NCBI GenBank assembly: GCA_002269645.1
Contig: NIVC01000264.1
Coordinates: 310,001 to 374,000 of the forward strand
DNA length: 64,000 nucleotides
Reading direction: 5' to 3'
Source: Macrostomum lignano
Taxonomy: Eukaryota
Below are positions 45,522 through 59,735 of the stretch, in pieces. The notes beneath the pieces are model-generated. The model was not told where the DNA came from. It was given only the letters and a program-made list of their open reading frames with translations, and ran no database searches. A program made the translations under genes and the position numbers. Position 1 is the stretch's first letter; every line of letters starts with the position of its first letter.

Positions 45522-46130
45522 CCTATTCATTTCATTATCTATTCATTAAACTATTCCTTGTTCAATCATTGCCTTCCACCTGCGCTGTTGCAGCTTGAGG
45601 CCAGACGCGCAGGAAAAACCCGAAGGGGAAGGCAAGGCCAAAGAACGCTCTGTGAAGAGGGTAGCAGCGCGTCTTCCCCCGCTTTCTCTATTGTTTTTCT
45701 TTCCGTGCCCCCGGCTGCCATGGCTCTGCAGACTGCAGTGCAGGCAGTTTGAGTCCAGAGTCAGCCACCCCAGGCCGGTGTGAAGTGGCCAATGAGAGGG
45801 CGGCTTCCCCAGCCCAGACAGTTGGCAAAGGAAGCTCTGGAGGCACATCAGGCCCATCGCACAAGTGGCCAATGACCGGCTGTAATCCATTCTGGTGCCT
45901 TAGGCTGCCACCTCCCTCCGCCGCTCTCTGCTCCCCTCTTGTTCTCCACTCGTTAAGCTTGAGGGGGAAAGACAAACGCATTGAGTCCCCGCTCTCTCTC
46001 CTGTTCCTCTCTCTCCCTCTCCTTTTCTCTGCTCTAAATTAATTTTCTGCAGCAGCACCAGCAGCAGTTTAGTAGCTGCAAGCAGGACTAAAAATACCCG
46101 AAACCTGTTGCTTGCAAATCAGCCGGCAGC

Positions 46131-49100
46131 ATGTCGGAGCACCAGCAACAGATCGACCTGTCCGAGGAGGAGATCGCCGAGCTGCACGAGGCCTTCCTGC
46201 TGTTTGACAGAGACGGAGGCGGCACCATCTCCGCCAACGAGCTGGGCGACGTCATGCGCTCGCTCGGCCAGAACCCCTCGGACGAGGAGATCAAGCGGCT
46301 TATCGAACAGGTGGACGTCGACGGGAACGGAGAGCTGGACTTCTCCGAGTTCACCATCCTCATGATGATGAAGATGAACGATGGAGAGTCAAGCGGCCAG
46401 ATTCGGGAGGCCTTGAAGGTAAAAATTCGATTGCTGATGGCGTCTACTCCCGCTGTTCAGTGGCTGAATTCCTCTCAGTTCCCCAGCCCCTCAGTCCTCA
46501 GATCCCCAGCCCCTCAGTCCTCAGATCCCTAGCCCCTCAGTCCCCAGATCCCCAGCCCCTCAGTCCTCAGATCCCCAGCCCCTCAGTCCTCAGATCCCTA
46601 GCCCCTCAGTCCTCAAATCCCCAGCCCCTCAGTCCTCAGATCCCCAGCCCCTCAGTCCTCAGATCCCCAGCCCCTCAGTCCCCAGTTCCCCAGCCCCTCA
46701 GTCCTCAGATCCCCAGCCCCTTAGTCCTCAGATCCCCAGCCCCTCAGTCCCCAGATCCCCAGCCCCTCAGTCCTCAGATCTCCAGCCCCTCAGTCCCCAG
46801 ATCCCCAGCCCCTCAGTCCTCAGATCCCCAGCCCATCAGTCCTCAGATCCCCAGCCCCTCAGTCCCCAGATCCCCAGCCCCTCAGTCCTCAGATCTCCAG
46901 CCCCTCAGTCCCCAGATCCCCAGCCCCTCAGTCCTCAGATCCCTAGCCCCTCAGTCCTCAAATCCCCAGCCCATCAGTCCTCAGATCCCCAGCCCCTCAG
47001 TCCTCAGATCCCCAGCCCCTCAGTCCCCAGTTCCCCAGCCCCTCAGTCCTCAGATCCCAGCCCCTTAGTCCTCAGATCCCCAGCCCCTCAGTCCTCAGAT
47101 CCCCAGCCCTCAGTCCTCAGATCCCCAGCCCCTCAGTCCTCAGCTCCCCAGTTTGTCAGTCCTCAGCTCCCCATGCAGTTTCTCAAGTCCTCAGATCCTC
47201 AGTTTCTCAAGTCCTCAGATTCTCAGTTTCTCAGTCCTCAGCTGCCCAGTTTCTCAGTCCTCAGCTGCCCAGTTTCTCAGTCCTCAGCTCCCCAGTTTCT
47301 CAGTCCTCAGATCCTCAGTTTCTCAAGTCCTCAGATCCTCAGTTTCTCAGTCCTCAGATCCTCAGTTTCTCAAGTCCTCAGATCCTCAGTTTCTCAGTCC
47401 TCAGCTCCCCAGTTTCTCAGTCCTCAGCTCCCCAGTTTCTCAGTCCTCAGATCCTCAGTTTCTCAAGTCCTCAGATCCTCAGTTTCTCAGTCCTCAGCTC
47501 CCCAGTTTCTCAGTCCTCAGCTCCCCAGTTTCTCAGTCCTCAGATCCTCAGTTTCTCAAGTCCTCAGATCCTCAGTTTCTCAGTCCGCAGCTCCCCAGTT
47601 TCTCAGTCCTCAGCTCCCCAGATTCACCAGTTAAGTTCTAGTATTTTTGTGCACTTGTCATTTAGCCTACTTGTGCCAAAAGTTCATATGTTAATAATTA
47701 AAAAGTACAATTGAGCTTTTCAGTGGAAGAAAGGGCTGGCTTTTATTAGTTTTATTTAAGCTAATTAACGCAAAACTGACATCAGCTGAATGCACTCTGC
47801 GCTCAAACAGCATCTCCACAACAAGCATTAATTACCTGCTGCTTTGGATGCAGCAAGGAGACTGCTATGATGAACGTGATATTGTAGAATATAGACCCCT
47901 TTTGTTTCACTTCTCTTTATGAATACTGTTTTTTTACGTCAGCATCCGTGGCAAATTCAGCCACGTGCTCACTCTGCCCATCACTTGAGCCCTCCAGCCT
48001 CCTCTGGACAGGTTTTAATTTGACGCAAACGCAACAGAAAGTGTCTAAATATTACACAGAAGTTTAATGACAGGAAAACAGGACAAGTTGCTGTTTTTTG
48101 CAATGGACAGGTAGACAAAGGGAGGGTATATATAGACAAAAAATCGATGAGCACTACTGAGTCTCTTAACGTCTGAGTCCTTGTGATGTCCTCGTGTGAG
48201 CTAATCCTTCATCAGGTTGCTTCATCGACAATCCTGTTTCCCACATCACAACATCGTCTGGCTGCATCAAAGGGACAATTTCTATAATTTATTGTACCAT
48301 TGTACCACGTGATTAAGCTATGGCGGACCTTCACTACACTAGCCCTTTCGCCCCATTCTATTTGTACAATTCTTACCCTCTGTCTGCAGCTACCTCACTC
48401 TCCAAGCCCCATTCTATGCGTACATTTCTTACCCCTCTGTCTGCAGCCACCTCACTTCCCAAGCCCCATTCTATGCGTACATTTCTTACCCCTCTGTCTG
48501 CAGCCACCTCACTTCCCAAGCCCCATTCTATGCGTACATTTCTTACCCTCTGTCTGCAGCCACCTCACTTCCCAAGCCCCATTCTATGCGTACATTTCTT
48601 ACCCCTCTGTCTGCAGCCACCTCACTTCCCAAGCCCCATTCTATGCGTACATTTCTTACCCATCTGTATGCAGCCACCTCACTTCCCAAGCCCCATTCTA
48701 TGCGTACATTTCTTACCCCTCTGTCTGCAGCCACCTCACTTCCCAAGCCCCATTCTATGCGTACATTTCTTACCCATCTGTATGCAGCCACCTCACTTCC
48801 CAAGCCCCATTCTATGCGTACATTTCTTACCCATCTGTATGCAGCCACCTCACTTCCCAAGCCCCATTCTATGCGTACATTTCTTACCCATCTGTATGCA
48901 GCCACCTCACTTCCCAAGCCCCATTCTATGCGTACATTTCTTACCCATCTGTATGCAGCCACCTCACTTCCCAAGCCCCATTCTATGCGTACATTTCTTA
49001 CCCATCTGTATGCAGCCACCTCACTTCCCAAGCCCCATTCTATGCGTACATTTCTTACCCATCTGTATGCAGCCACCTCACTTCCCAAGCCCCATTCTAT

Positions 49101-49372
49101 GCGTACATTTCTTACCCATCTGTATGCAGCCACCTCACTTCCCAAGCCCCATTCTATGAGTACATTCACTCGATCCATCTCAACTACAGGTGTTTGATGA
49201 AGAAGAGACGGGCAAGCTTCACGTGGACAAGCTCCGGCAGGTGATGGTCAATCTGGGTGACAGGATGGACCCGGTAGAAGTTGACGAGCTCATCTCACTG
49301 CTGGACGTTGACCAGGACGGCAATGTGCAGACTGAGCAGATTGTCTCTGTGCTCAGCAGCTCGGCCGGGTGA
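46131..49372 (+). CDS. Calmodulin-like EF-hand protein, 156 aa, two exons
   Basis: Exons 46131-46418 (donor GTAAAA) and 49190-49372 (acceptor CTACAG), phase 0. EF1 [12 protein letters not shown] and EF2 [12 protein letters not shown] are canonical; EF3 [12 protein letters not shown] and EF4 [12 protein letters not shown] are degenerate; calmodulin-like linker [10 protein letters not shown]. Confidence 0.92.
46478..47620. repeat. 23-bp minisatellite and derived variants in the calmodulin-like intron
   Basis: CCCAGCCCCTCAGTCCTCAGATC grading into TTTCTCAGTCCTCAGCTCCCCAG units. Confidence 0.94.
48352..49189. repeat. 57-bp tandem array ending in the acceptor of the calmodulin-like gene
   Basis: About 14 units, each ending TTTCTTACCC(C/A)TCTGT(C/A)TGCAG; the last degenerate unit supplies the real AG at 49189. 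Confidence 0.94.
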
Positions 49373-49974
49373 AGATCTTGGACAACAGTGTATATTATTT
49401 TTACAAAAGTTACATAAAAACATTGAGAGCTCAAAGGAAAGTTAATTTAGTTAGCTTTTCATTCAGTTAATATTAATAATTATTTGCAGTCGCATGCAAA
49501 TTATTGATAGTAGATCCATTTACTCAAATGATGCTTTATTTTTCATACGAAATTGCGGAACTCTCTCTGCTTTAAATATTACTTACTAGTTAGTAGGCAG
49601 TTTGGTGCACAGCTGTTTAAAATTACATGTTATTGCAGGTTTTTCCTCTAATTTCTTCCTCAGAACATTTTTTTGTAATTTCACACAAAGTCTAGCATGC
49701 ATGTACATTATTGCTACTGACTCAAGTAGTGCACCAGCTGTAACTGCTTATTTTTGCCTAATTAATATTGCCGGTCTGCATTTTTACTCCTCTAAAGCCC
49801 GCGATATAAACTATTGTTTATTTTCCTATTAAACTAATACTCAACAATATAAACTAAAAGGATCACAAAATACAACTTTTTGTAGCAAGCATTTTAAAAT
49901 ATTTTTGCACAGTGCTTCGTAATATGATAAACGAATACAAGTGCTCTTAATACTCTGAGCTCCCACGTCAGCTG

Positions 49975-50192
49975 ATCTCAGATTCAGATTCAGATTCAGA
50001 TTCAGATTCAGATTCAGATTCAGATTCAGATTCAGATTCAGATTCAGATTCAGATTCAGATTCAGATTCAGATTCAGATTCAGATTCAGATTCAGATTCA
50101 GATTCAGATTCAGATTCAGATTCAGATTCAGATTCAGATTCAGATTCAGATTCAGATTCAGATTCAGATTCAGATTCAGATTCAGATTCAGA
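49975..50192. repeat. (GATTCA)n hexanucleotide microsatellite
   Basis: Perfect run abutting the 44-bp satellite. Confidence 0.97.
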
Positions 50193-53100
50193 TCCATTCT
50201 ATTCCTTCATCTGTGATGTGTTGGCTAGATTAGCAATCCATTCTATTCCTTCATCTGTGATGTGTTGGCTAGATTAGCAATCCATTCTATTCCTTCATCT
50301 GTGATGTGTTGGCTAGATTAGCAATCCATTCTATTCCTTCATCTGTGATGTGTTGGCTAGATTAGCAATCCATTCTATTCCTTCATCTGTGATGTGTTGG
50401 CTAGATTAGCAATCCATTCTATTCCTTCATCTGTGATGTGTTGGCTAGATTAGCAATCCATTCTATTCCTTCATCTGTGATGTGTTGGCTAGATTAGCAA
50501 TCCATTCTATTCCTTCATCTGTGATGTGTTGGCTAGATTAGCAATCCATTCTATTCCTTCATCTGTGATGTGTTGGCTAGATTAGCAATCCATTCTATTC
50601 CTTCATCTGTGATGTGTTGGCTAGATTAGCAATCCATTCTATTCCTTCATCTGTGATGTGTTGGCTAGATTAGTGTAGTGCATGCGCCCTTGTCAGTTGG
50701 CAGGGCGCGTTGCACTTTGGGGCTGGTTGGGGGGGTTGGCGGGCGTGGCAGGGTTTGGCCGCCGGCCGGGCTTTGCGCGTGCCCCTCCCCAGCCGTGCCC
50801 CTGCCCCGTGCTCAGGGCTGGTTGGCTGCGGCCGGGCCAGCTTTGGCGCGGGTGCTGCCCCTCCCCCCTTAGGCGGGGTTTTGATTGGCTGGGCCGGCGT
50901 GGTTTGTTTTGGTGAGCTTAGCCGGTGGGGCCGTCTGCCCCAGGGTTTGGGTGCTATTTATGGTGCGACTCTGGCTCTTGCCCACCACCTGCGTGCTTTT
51001 TGTGTTTTGGTGTGCTCCGAGAGTGCAAGCGCGAGACCTGATAAAAGAAACAGCAACATTAGCTACTTCGATAAAAGAAACAGCAACATTAGCTACTTGG
51101 ATAAAAGAAACACAATAGCCTAATCGAGAAGAGTCTTGGAGAATTAAGAAGAAGTCGGAAACTGCGCTGAGACCTGCGAATAATAAACGGTGAACAGTCA
51201 TCTGGCCACTGGTAAGCCGCCTGCTGTTTGAGTCCTTTCTTTCCGGGAAGCTTGCTAGGCCGAATTCTTGCCAGAGCGTCATAACGCCGGGAGACCATAT
51301 AGCTTCTGTAGTACGGTACCGTTTACCATATATATTGCGTACGCCCTACGGTATAGAGAATAGAAGCACTCGAGAGTGTCACCACACCTCGAGCCGCAGC
51401 GTGAACTCTGAGTGTCACAACACCAGAGGGATCGAATTATTATCGCAGAGCGTCGCCACGCCTGCTCGTCGTATTCATAAAAGTACAGACAGAGCGTCAC
51501 AACGCCTGTTATATCACATATAATATATATTGTACTCTGGACTGGGCACCCAAGCCGACCCGGGTTACAACATTAGCAATCCATTCTATTCCTTCATCTG
51601 TGATGTGTTGGCTAGATTAGCAATCCATTCTATTCCTTCATCTGTGATGTGTTGGCTAGATTAGCAATCCATTCTATTCCTTCATCTGTGATGTGTTGGC
51701 TAGATTAGCAATCCATTCTATTCCTTCATCTGTGATGTGTTGGCTAGATTAGCAATCCATTCTATTCCTTCATCTGTGATGTGTTGGCTAGATTAGCAAT
51801 CCATTCTATTCCTTCATCTGTGATGTGTTGGCTAGATTAGCAATCCATTCTATTCCTTCATCTGTGATGTGTTAGATAGATTAGCAATCCATTCTATTCC
51901 TTCATCTGTGATGTGTTGGCTAGATTAGCAATCCATTCTATTCCTTCATCTGTGATGTGTTGGCTAGATTAGCAATCCATTCTATTCCTTCATCTGTGAT
52001 GTGTTGGCTAGATTAGCAATCCATTCTATTCCTTCATCTGTGATGTGTTGGCTAGATTAGCAATCCATTCTATTCCTCCATCAGGGATGTTGGCTAGATT
52101 AGCAATCCATTCTATTCCTTCATGTGTCATGTGTTGGCTAGATTAGCAATCCATTCTATTCCTTCATGTGTGATGTTTTAGCTAGATTAGCAATCCATTC
52201 TATTCCTTTATCTGTGATGTTGGCTAGATTAGCAATCCATTCTATTCCTCCATTCTATTCCTTTATCTGTGATGTTGGCTAGATTAGCAATCCATTCTAT
52301 TCCTCCATCAGGGATGTTGGCTAGATTAGCAATCCATTCTATTCCTTCATGTGTCATGTGTTGGCTAGATTAGCAATCCATTCTATTCCTTCATCTGTGA
52401 TGTGTTGGCTAGATTAGCAATCCATTCTATTCCTCCATCAGGGATGTTGGCTAGATTAGCAATCCATTCTATTCCTTCATGTGTCATGTGTTGGCTAGAT
52501 TAGCAATCCATTCTATTCCTTCATGTGTGATGTTTTAGCTAGATTAGCAATCCATTCTATTCCTTTATCTGTGATGTTGGCTAGATTAGCAATCCATTCT
52601 ATTCCTCCATTCTATTCCTTTATCTGTGATGTTGGCTAGATTAGCAATCCATTCTATTCCTCCATCAGGGATGTTGGCTAGATTAGCAATCCATTCTATT
52701 CCTTCATCTGTGATGTGTTGGCTAGATTAGCAATCCATTCTATTCCTTCATCTGTGATGTGTTGGCTAGATTAGCAATCCATTCTATTCCTTCATCTGTG
52801 ATGTGTTGGCTAGATTAGCAATCCATTCTATTCCTTCATCTGTGATGTGTTGGCTAGATTAGCAATCCATTCTATTCCTTCATCTGTGATGTGTTGGCTA
52901 GATTAGCAATCCATTCTATTCCTCCATCAAGGGATGTTGGCTAGATTAGCAATCCATTCTATTCCTTCATCTGTGATGTGTTGGCTAGATTAGCAATCCA
53001 TTCTATTCCTTCATCTGTGATGTGTTGGCTAGATTAGCAATCCATTCTATTCCTTCATCTGTGATGTGTTGGCTAGATTAGCAATCCATTCTATTCCTCC

Positions 53101-54700
53101 ATCAGGGATGTTGGCTAGATTAGCAATCCATTCTATTCCTTCATCTGTGATGTGTTGGCTAGATTAGCAATCCATTCTATTCCTCCATCAGGGATGTTGG
53201 CTAGATTAGCAATCCATTCTATTCCTTCATCTGTGATGCGTTGGCTAGATTAGCAATCCATTCTATTCCTCCATCAGGGATGTTGGCTAGATTAGCAATC
53301 CATTCTATTCCTTCATCTGTGATGTGTTGGCTAGATTAGCAATCCATTCTATTCCTCCATCAGGGATGTTGGCTAGATTAGCAATCCATTCTATTCCTTC
53401 ATCTGTGATGTGTTGGCTAGATTAGCAATCCATTCTATTCCTTTATCTGTGATGTTGGCTAGATTAGCAATCCATTCTATTCCTTCATCTGTGATGTGTT
53501 GGCTAGATTAGCAATCCATTCTATTCCTTCATCTGTGATGTGTTGGCTAGATTAGCAATCCATTCTATTCCTTCATCTGTGATGTGTTGGCTAGATTAGC
53601 AATCCATTCTATTCCTTCATCTGTGATGTGTTGGCTAGATTAGCAATCCATTCTATTCTTTCATCTGTGATGTGTTGGCTAGATTAGCAATCCATTCTAT
53701 TCCTTCATCTGTGATGTGTTGGCTAGATTAGCAATCCATTCTATTCCTTCATCTGTGATGTGTTGGCTAGATTAGCAATCCATTCTATTCCTTCATCTGT
53801 GATGTGTTGGCTAGATTAGCAATCCATTCTATTCCTTCATCTGTGATGTGTTGGCTAGATTAGCAATCCATTCTATTCCTTCATCTGTGATGTGTTGGCT
53901 AGATTAGCAATCCATTCTATTCCTTCATCTGTGATGTGTTGGCTAGATTAGCAATCCATTCTATTCCTTCATCTGTGATGTGTTGGCTAGATTAGCAATC
54001 CATTCTATTCCTTCATCTGTGATGTGTTGGCTAGATTAGCAATCCATTCTATTCCTTCATCTGTGATGTGTTGGCTAGATTAGCAATCCATTCTATTCCT
54101 TCATCTGTGATGTGTTGGCTAGATTAGCAATCCATTCTATTCCTTCATCTGTGATGTGTTGGCTAGATTAGCAATCCATTCTATTCCTCCATCAGGGATG
54201 TTGGCTAGATTAGCAATCCATTCTATTCCTCCATCAGGGATGTTGGCTAGATTAGCAATCCATTCTATTCCTTCATGTGTGATGTTTTAGCTAGATTAGC
54301 AATCCATTCTATTCCTTTATCTGTGATGTTGGCTAGATTAGCAATCCATTCTATTCCATCTTCAATGATGCAGGCTAGATTAGCAATCCATTTTATTCCT
54401 TCATGTGTCATGTGTTGGCTAGATTAGCAATCCATTCTATTCCTTCATCTGTGATGTTTTAGCTAGATTAGCAATCCATTCTATTCCTTTATGTGTCATG
54501 TGTTGGCTAGATTAGCAATCCATTCTATTCCTTCATCTGTGATGTGTTGGCTAGATTAGCAATCCATTCTATTCCTCCATCAGGGATGTTGGCTAGATTA
54601 GCAATCCATTCTATTCCATCTTCAATGATGCAGGCTAGATTAGCAATCCATTCTATCCCTTCATCCGTGATGTTGGCTAGATAAGCAATCCATTCTAATT
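50193..54700. repeat. 44-bp satellite (CCATTCTATTCCTTCATCTGTGATGTGTTGGCTAGATTAGCAAT), interrupted by an insertion
   Basis: About 11 units left and about 70 units right of the insertion; 42-bp variants occur in the right-hand part. Confidence 0.97.
50674..51572. mobile_element. Solo LTR, probably Ty3/Gypsy-type
   Basis: 899-bp unique sequence beginning TGT and ending ACA, flanked by a TTAG duplication (50670-50673 and 51573-51576) that splits one satellite unit. No coding capacity; internal AATAAA at about 51183. An alternative reading is a 5-bp ATTAG duplication. Confidence 0.78.
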
Positions 54701-55381
54701 TTTGCACCCATTTCCACCCTAATGCCAATAAAATGAGCCAACTCAGCTCCTCATAAAAGATTCAAACGAACCCGCGCAGAAGACAAGGTTTGCCTCACTG
54801 CCGATAACGACTCAAATTGCCATTTTGGGATTGAATTTTGAGCAACAGGAGACACGAGCCGACTGCTCCTTGCACGCCCGGTAAGCAAACTCAGTAAGGC
54901 TACCTTGGGCGCAAAGTTTGCTTAGCAGCCTGCTTTCGTGTGTTTGCCCTCCCTTCCCCCCTGACTGCAAACTGTGGAACATTGTGGGCCCTGTCCGCTC
55001 ACCCTTGCCCTTTTTCTCCTACATCTAAACTCACTTGATGCGATCTCAATGCAAGCTGAGTGAACTGGAGTTTGAGTTAACTTAACTTTAAAACTGTCCG
55101 CTTCATACACAACTAACTGGCTTCAACGCGCATTTTTTATGGAAAAAGTGCACAGCGTTAGAAACTGTGTGCAGCTTCTCTTCCAGTCAAATGATGAAGG
55201 AATATTGACTGGCAACTATTGAAAATGGTTGGGCTTGTTCGATGACTGTTCAGCTTTAACTGGGGCTTCCGTCAGGGCAAGAGCAGTTATCTGAATTCCG
55301 GTGGCCTCTCAGAAAATCTTAACTGACTGATTTGACTTCGGGACTTTGAGGCTTCCTGAGTTCCAACTGTGTTCTTTCTTT

Positions 55382-56400
55382 TCTCCTCTGCTCTGCTCTC
55401 CTCCTCTCCTATCCCCTTCTCTCCTCTCCTCTCCTCTCCCTTCCTCTCCTCTCCTCTCCTCTGCTCTCCTCTCCTCTCCTCTCCTCTCCTCTCATCTCCT
55501 CTCCTCTCCTCTCCTCTCCTCTCATCTCCTCTCCTCTCCTCTCCTCTCTTCTCCTCTCCTCTGCTCTTCTCTCCTCTCCTCTCCTCTCCTCTCCTCTCCT
55601 CTCCTCTCTCTCCTCTCATCTCCTCTCCTCTCCTCTCCTCTCCTCTCCTCTCCTCTCCTCTCCTCTCCTCTCCTCTCCTCTCCTCTCCTCTCCTCTCCTC
55701 TCCTCTCCTCTCCTCTCCTCTCTCTCCTCTCCTCTCCTCTCTCTCTCCTCTCTCTCTCATCTCCTCTCCTCTCATCTCCTCTCCTCTCCTCTCCTCTCCT
55801 CTCCTCTCATCTCCTCTCCTCTCCTCTCCTCTCCTCTCCTCTCCTCTCCTCTCCTCTCATCTCCTCTCCTCTCCTCTCCTCTCCTCTCCTCTCCTCTCCT
55901 CTCCTCTCCTCTCCTCTCCTCTCCTCTCCTCTCATCTCCTCTCCTCTCCTCTCATCTCCTCTCCTCTCATCTCTCTCTCCCTCTCCTCTCCTCTCCTCTC
56001 CTCTCCTCTCCTCTCCTCTCTCTCTCTCTCTCTCTCCTCTCCTCTTCTCTCCTCTCCTCTCCTCTTCTCTCCTCTCCTCTCCTCTCCTCTCCTCTCCTCT
56101 CCTCTAATCTCCTCTCCTCTCCCTCCTCTCCTCTCCTCTCCTCTCCTCTCCTCTCCTCTCCTCTCCTCTCCTCTCCTCTAATCTCCTCTCCTCTCCTCTC
56201 CTCTAATCTCCTCTCCTCTCCTCTCCTCTCCTCTCCTCTCCTCTCCTCTGCTCTCCTCTGCTCTCCTCTGCTCTCCTCTGCTCTGCTCTCCTCTCCTCTC
56301 CTCTCCTCTCTCTCTCTCCTCTCCTCTCCTCTCCTCTCCTCTCCTCTCCTCTTCTCTTCTCTCCTCTGCTCTCCTCTCCTCTCCTCTCCTCTCCTCCTTT
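55382..56400. repeat. (CTCCT)n pentanucleotide microsatellite
   Basis: Same pentamer as 462-1219 in the opposite orientation; ends at a strong acceptor-like TTTCTCCTGCAG (56409). Confidence 0.96.
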
Positions 56401-56890
56401 CTCCTGCAGTCAAAAAATGTTCGAACTTACTCAAGCAATTATCTCGCTAAGACCTTTATTTATGAGTTAATTATTGCAACTCTTTCTATTCTTAGAAACT
56501 AAGCCCATCTGACTGACCAGGTGCGCCTGAGAAAGCTCAGACCTCACAAGTTGAGCCATCATTCAAGTCTCAATCGACCCCCTGCTGTCTCGGCCCTCTC
56601 AACGGTGGCCACTTAATTGCTTTGTCTCACCCAGAGGCTCGAGAGATCGTTCCCATGATGGGGGGACCGACTGAGCACCCCCGCCGCGGCTGCAGAGTGG
56701 CCAATCAGAGACTTACTCAAAAGTTTCGCAGTGGACTATCAAAAGCTCATAAAACACTTCTGTTAAAACTCAGTTTATATTTAATTTGATGTAATCTCAC
56801 TCTGTAGCAACTGTATTATCAACCGATTGAATCTAAAAGACCAAGGATGTCTATTCTGTCTCGAGCCGCCGAGCGGGACGCCGCGCGGCC

Positions 56891-58091
<1,201 letters not shown>

Positions 58092-58324
58092 TTGATCGGA
58101 CCATGCTAATGGATGCGATGTACTTTTAAGCTCAATTCTACACTGATAAGAGTACAATCATAACAGCAGCATGTTATAAACAAGGCAATTAAAAAATTGT
58201 TAGACATTGCGTCAGTCTTTTTTAAAAAATACATTGAACTGAGTCTTGCATCGCTACTTCCAGTAGAAATAGAGATTCATACTCTCGAAATTTAGGAAAT
58301 TTCTTTATTTTCCGATTTTGGAAC

Positions 58325-58580
58325 ACAGCGATGATCCCGACTGTGGAGCTCGGCGATGATCCCGACTGTAGAGCTCGGCGATGATCCCGACTGTGGAACT
58401 CTCTGTTGATCCCGACTGTGGAACTCTCTGATGATCCCGACTGTGGAACTCTCTGATGATCCCGACTGAAGAACTCTCTGATGATCCCGACTGTGGAGCT
58501 CGGCGATGATCCCGACTGTAGAACTCTCTGATGGGGACTGTAGTGTAGCACTTGGCGATGATCCCGAGTGTGGAACTCGG
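58325..58580. repeat. 25-26 bp minisatellite (GATGATCCCGACTGTGGAACTCTCT)
   Basis: About 10 variant units. Confidence 0.9.
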
Positions 58581-59089
58581 CCATGAACACGCCATTAGAT
58601 GATTTAACACAGTGTAATCATCAATCAATTCATGCAATCAGTTCATACTACTTTCATCATGTATTGCACAGAATCCCAAGGCACGGAGCAAGCTGCTTTA
58701 CTCATCCTATACTTTCCTCCCAACTGTCTTCCCGATGCAATTTCACAAGAAAGAACACGCCACCAGCTCAGTGCAGCAACACAAAAGAGCTTTTGTTCTC
58801 TTCAGGCATTTTCTAGCCAGATAAAAGTAGCAGGCAGCACAGGAAGCAGGACACATAATTGGCAGTCTGAATTTCCCGGAACAAAAACCTGCGCTAAAGT
58901 GGCCCTTAGCAACGAAATCCATGGGTACAAATAAATGCCAACGGTTGCTCGCCTACGAACTGTGAGTTCAGCCACTGAGTTCAGTCTCACTCTGCCTGTT
59001 CTGAATGATTGCCGCAGCCAACAGTGGCTGCACTTTATTTCCAAAATGTTGTTTAGAATTGATGCTCATTCTGTCCGACAATATCGGTG

Positions 59090-59735
59090 TTTGTCCCTGA
59101 GTCGGTGTGTGTCCCTGAGTCTGTGCGTGTCCCTGAGTCTGTGTTTGTCCCTGAGTCTGTGTGTGTCCCTGAGTCTGTGTTTGTCCCTGAGTCTGTGTGT
59201 GTCCCTGAGTCTGTGTGTGTCCCTGAGTGGGTGCGTGTCCCTGAGTGGGTGCGTGTCCCTGAGTCTGTGCGTGTCCCTGAGTCGGTGTGTGTCCCTGAGT
59301 CTGTGTGTGTCCCTGAGTGGATGCGTGTCCCTGAGTCTGTGTGTGTCCCTGAGTCTGTGTGTGTCCCTGAGTGGGTGCGTGTCCCTGAGTCGGTGTTTGT
59401 CCCTGAGTCGGTGTGTGTCCCTGAGTCTGTGCGTGTCCCTGAGTCTGTGTGTGTCCCTGAGTGGGTGCGTGTCCCTGAGTCGGTGTTTATCCCTGAGTCG
59501 GTGTGTGTCCCTGAGTCTGTGCGTGTCCCTGAGTCTGTGTGTGTGTCCCTGAGTCTGTGTGTGTCCCTGAGTCTGTGTGTGTCCCTGAGTCTGTGCGTGT
59601 CCCTGAGTCTGTGCGTGTCCCTGAGTCTGTGTTTGTCCCTTGAGTCTGTGTGTGTCCATGAGTCGGTGTGTCGTCTTTGTCTATCTGTCTGTCTGTCTGT
59701 CTGTCTGTGTCTGTCTGTCTGTCTGTCTGTCAGTC
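59090..59735. repeat. 18-bp minisatellite (GTCCCTGAGTCTGTGTGT) followed by (TCTG)n
   Basis: Direct inspection. Confidence 0.93.

Noticed and set aside
54300-54728. 42-bp satellite variants translating as [14 protein letters not shown], superficially LRR-like
   Set aside because: The dominant unit is 44 bp with stops, the open stretch is only 67 codons, the period is too short for an LRR, and the related 5.5-kb array is not open in this frame.
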